Shown here piece by piece: positions 63,001 through 64,000 of a stretch of DNA of 64,000 nucleotides (its first letter is position 1; each line of letters begins with the position of its first letter). The notes under the pieces are model-generated. The model did not search any database, was not told the origin of the DNA, and saw only the letters and a list, made by a program, of their open reading frames with translations. A program made the translations under genes and the position numbers. Source of the stretch: Podarcis liolepis (Eukaryota); NCBI GenBank assembly GCA_965112155.1, contig OZ218100.1; one strand, given 5' to 3'.

Positions 63001-64000
63001 ATTTGCTTTTCTTATCTGGGATGGCACACATGGTGAATGTGTCATTATGAATGGTTTCCGAGCTCTCAAAACTAGTGTTGAACAAAGATAATTCCCCTCT
63101 AGAGCCATTGAGTCATTTAAAACCCCATCCCAAGAGACCAAGTCCAGGAGCGGGATGGAAGGATCACTCCATTTTGTGAACTTTGAAGGATGGAACTAAT
63201 TGAGAAAAGAGAAGATAGGTACTCCACTTCCAGAGCTAATTGGGGATGTATAGTGAGGGGATGGAAGGAGTCGAGGAAGTTACATCTAATCTTCCCTCCA
63301 AACTTGCTGTGCTCTGCAGTAATTCTTCTTGTGTTGGAATAAACCCTTCCCTCTTCTTCTCTAAACTCAAATTACAGTGCAGAATACTTCCCCCTTCATT
63401 TATAAATGCATCTAGTGTGAGAGTTAGGAGGTATAAAAAATCAAGAGGACATAATAAAATGAGAAGGCAATGATCTGCATGAAAATTGGCAATTTACTCA
63501 TTTTTGTTGGGTTTCGCTTGCTAGATATTGGCAGAATAGTTGCCTTCTGCCTATACATTTTGCAGATGCATGACTACCATTGTGGGCTTTCATGAGAGGT
63601 AATGCTTGCTTTTATTTGGACTTTCTCACTTTACATTCCAACTTCATGGAGGCGATGGCATGGAATCTGGGCTCTCACTTTTATTGAACGAGGAGTAAGC
63701 TTGAGAATGTGGCCCAAGTGAACACTAAATGGCAAGACAAAGGAAGCAAATAAAAATCCTCATGAAAGTCTGAGTAGAACACATATCAACAGTAGCTTTG
63801 GGAATTTCCCAGAGCTTTTGAATTACCAGATGCATGGATCAAATGAAGTCATATTAACAGTGGGCTTGGATTCCATCTAATCAACCGTTCTCAATCATCT
63901 AAATTCAGATAATGGGGTAACCTTGAGTGCATATGTGGGTGTTTGCAAGTGTCTCATTTTGTCAGGTCTGATTCATCATTTTTAAAAGCTTGAGGGAAGC

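Overview
This is AT-rich vertebrate genomic DNA, most likely from a squamate, and probably a lacertid lizard judging by its Sauria SINE, BovB, Squam3-like SINE and L2 content. The whole window lies inside the receptor tyrosine phosphatase gene PTPRK on the minus strand. Four coding exons are present (53506-53587, 50945-51060, 37300-37474, 21365-21658; probably exons 4-7). They splice in frame to encode the end of the MAM domain, the Ig domain and the first FN3 domain. The rest is intron rich in transposable elements: L2, L1, BovB and CR1 fragments, several SINEs, Tigger-, Tc2- and hAT-type MITEs (many with readable target-site duplications), microsatellites and one 163-N gap. The most notable signal is a family of four short Penelope-like insertions carrying minimal type I hammerhead ribozyme motifs. 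One copy (54705-54901; perfect 14-bp TSD, perfect 62-bp inverted arms) has an intact core on the PTPRK pre-mRNA strand. Also notable are a nearly intact L2 ORF about 55 bp from the exon 5 donor, a three-layer nested and duplicated TE block that shows both filled and empty MITE sites, and a candidate RUNX/ETS-IRF/NF-kB intronic enhancer. Repeat family names and exon numbers come from recall, not from database searches.
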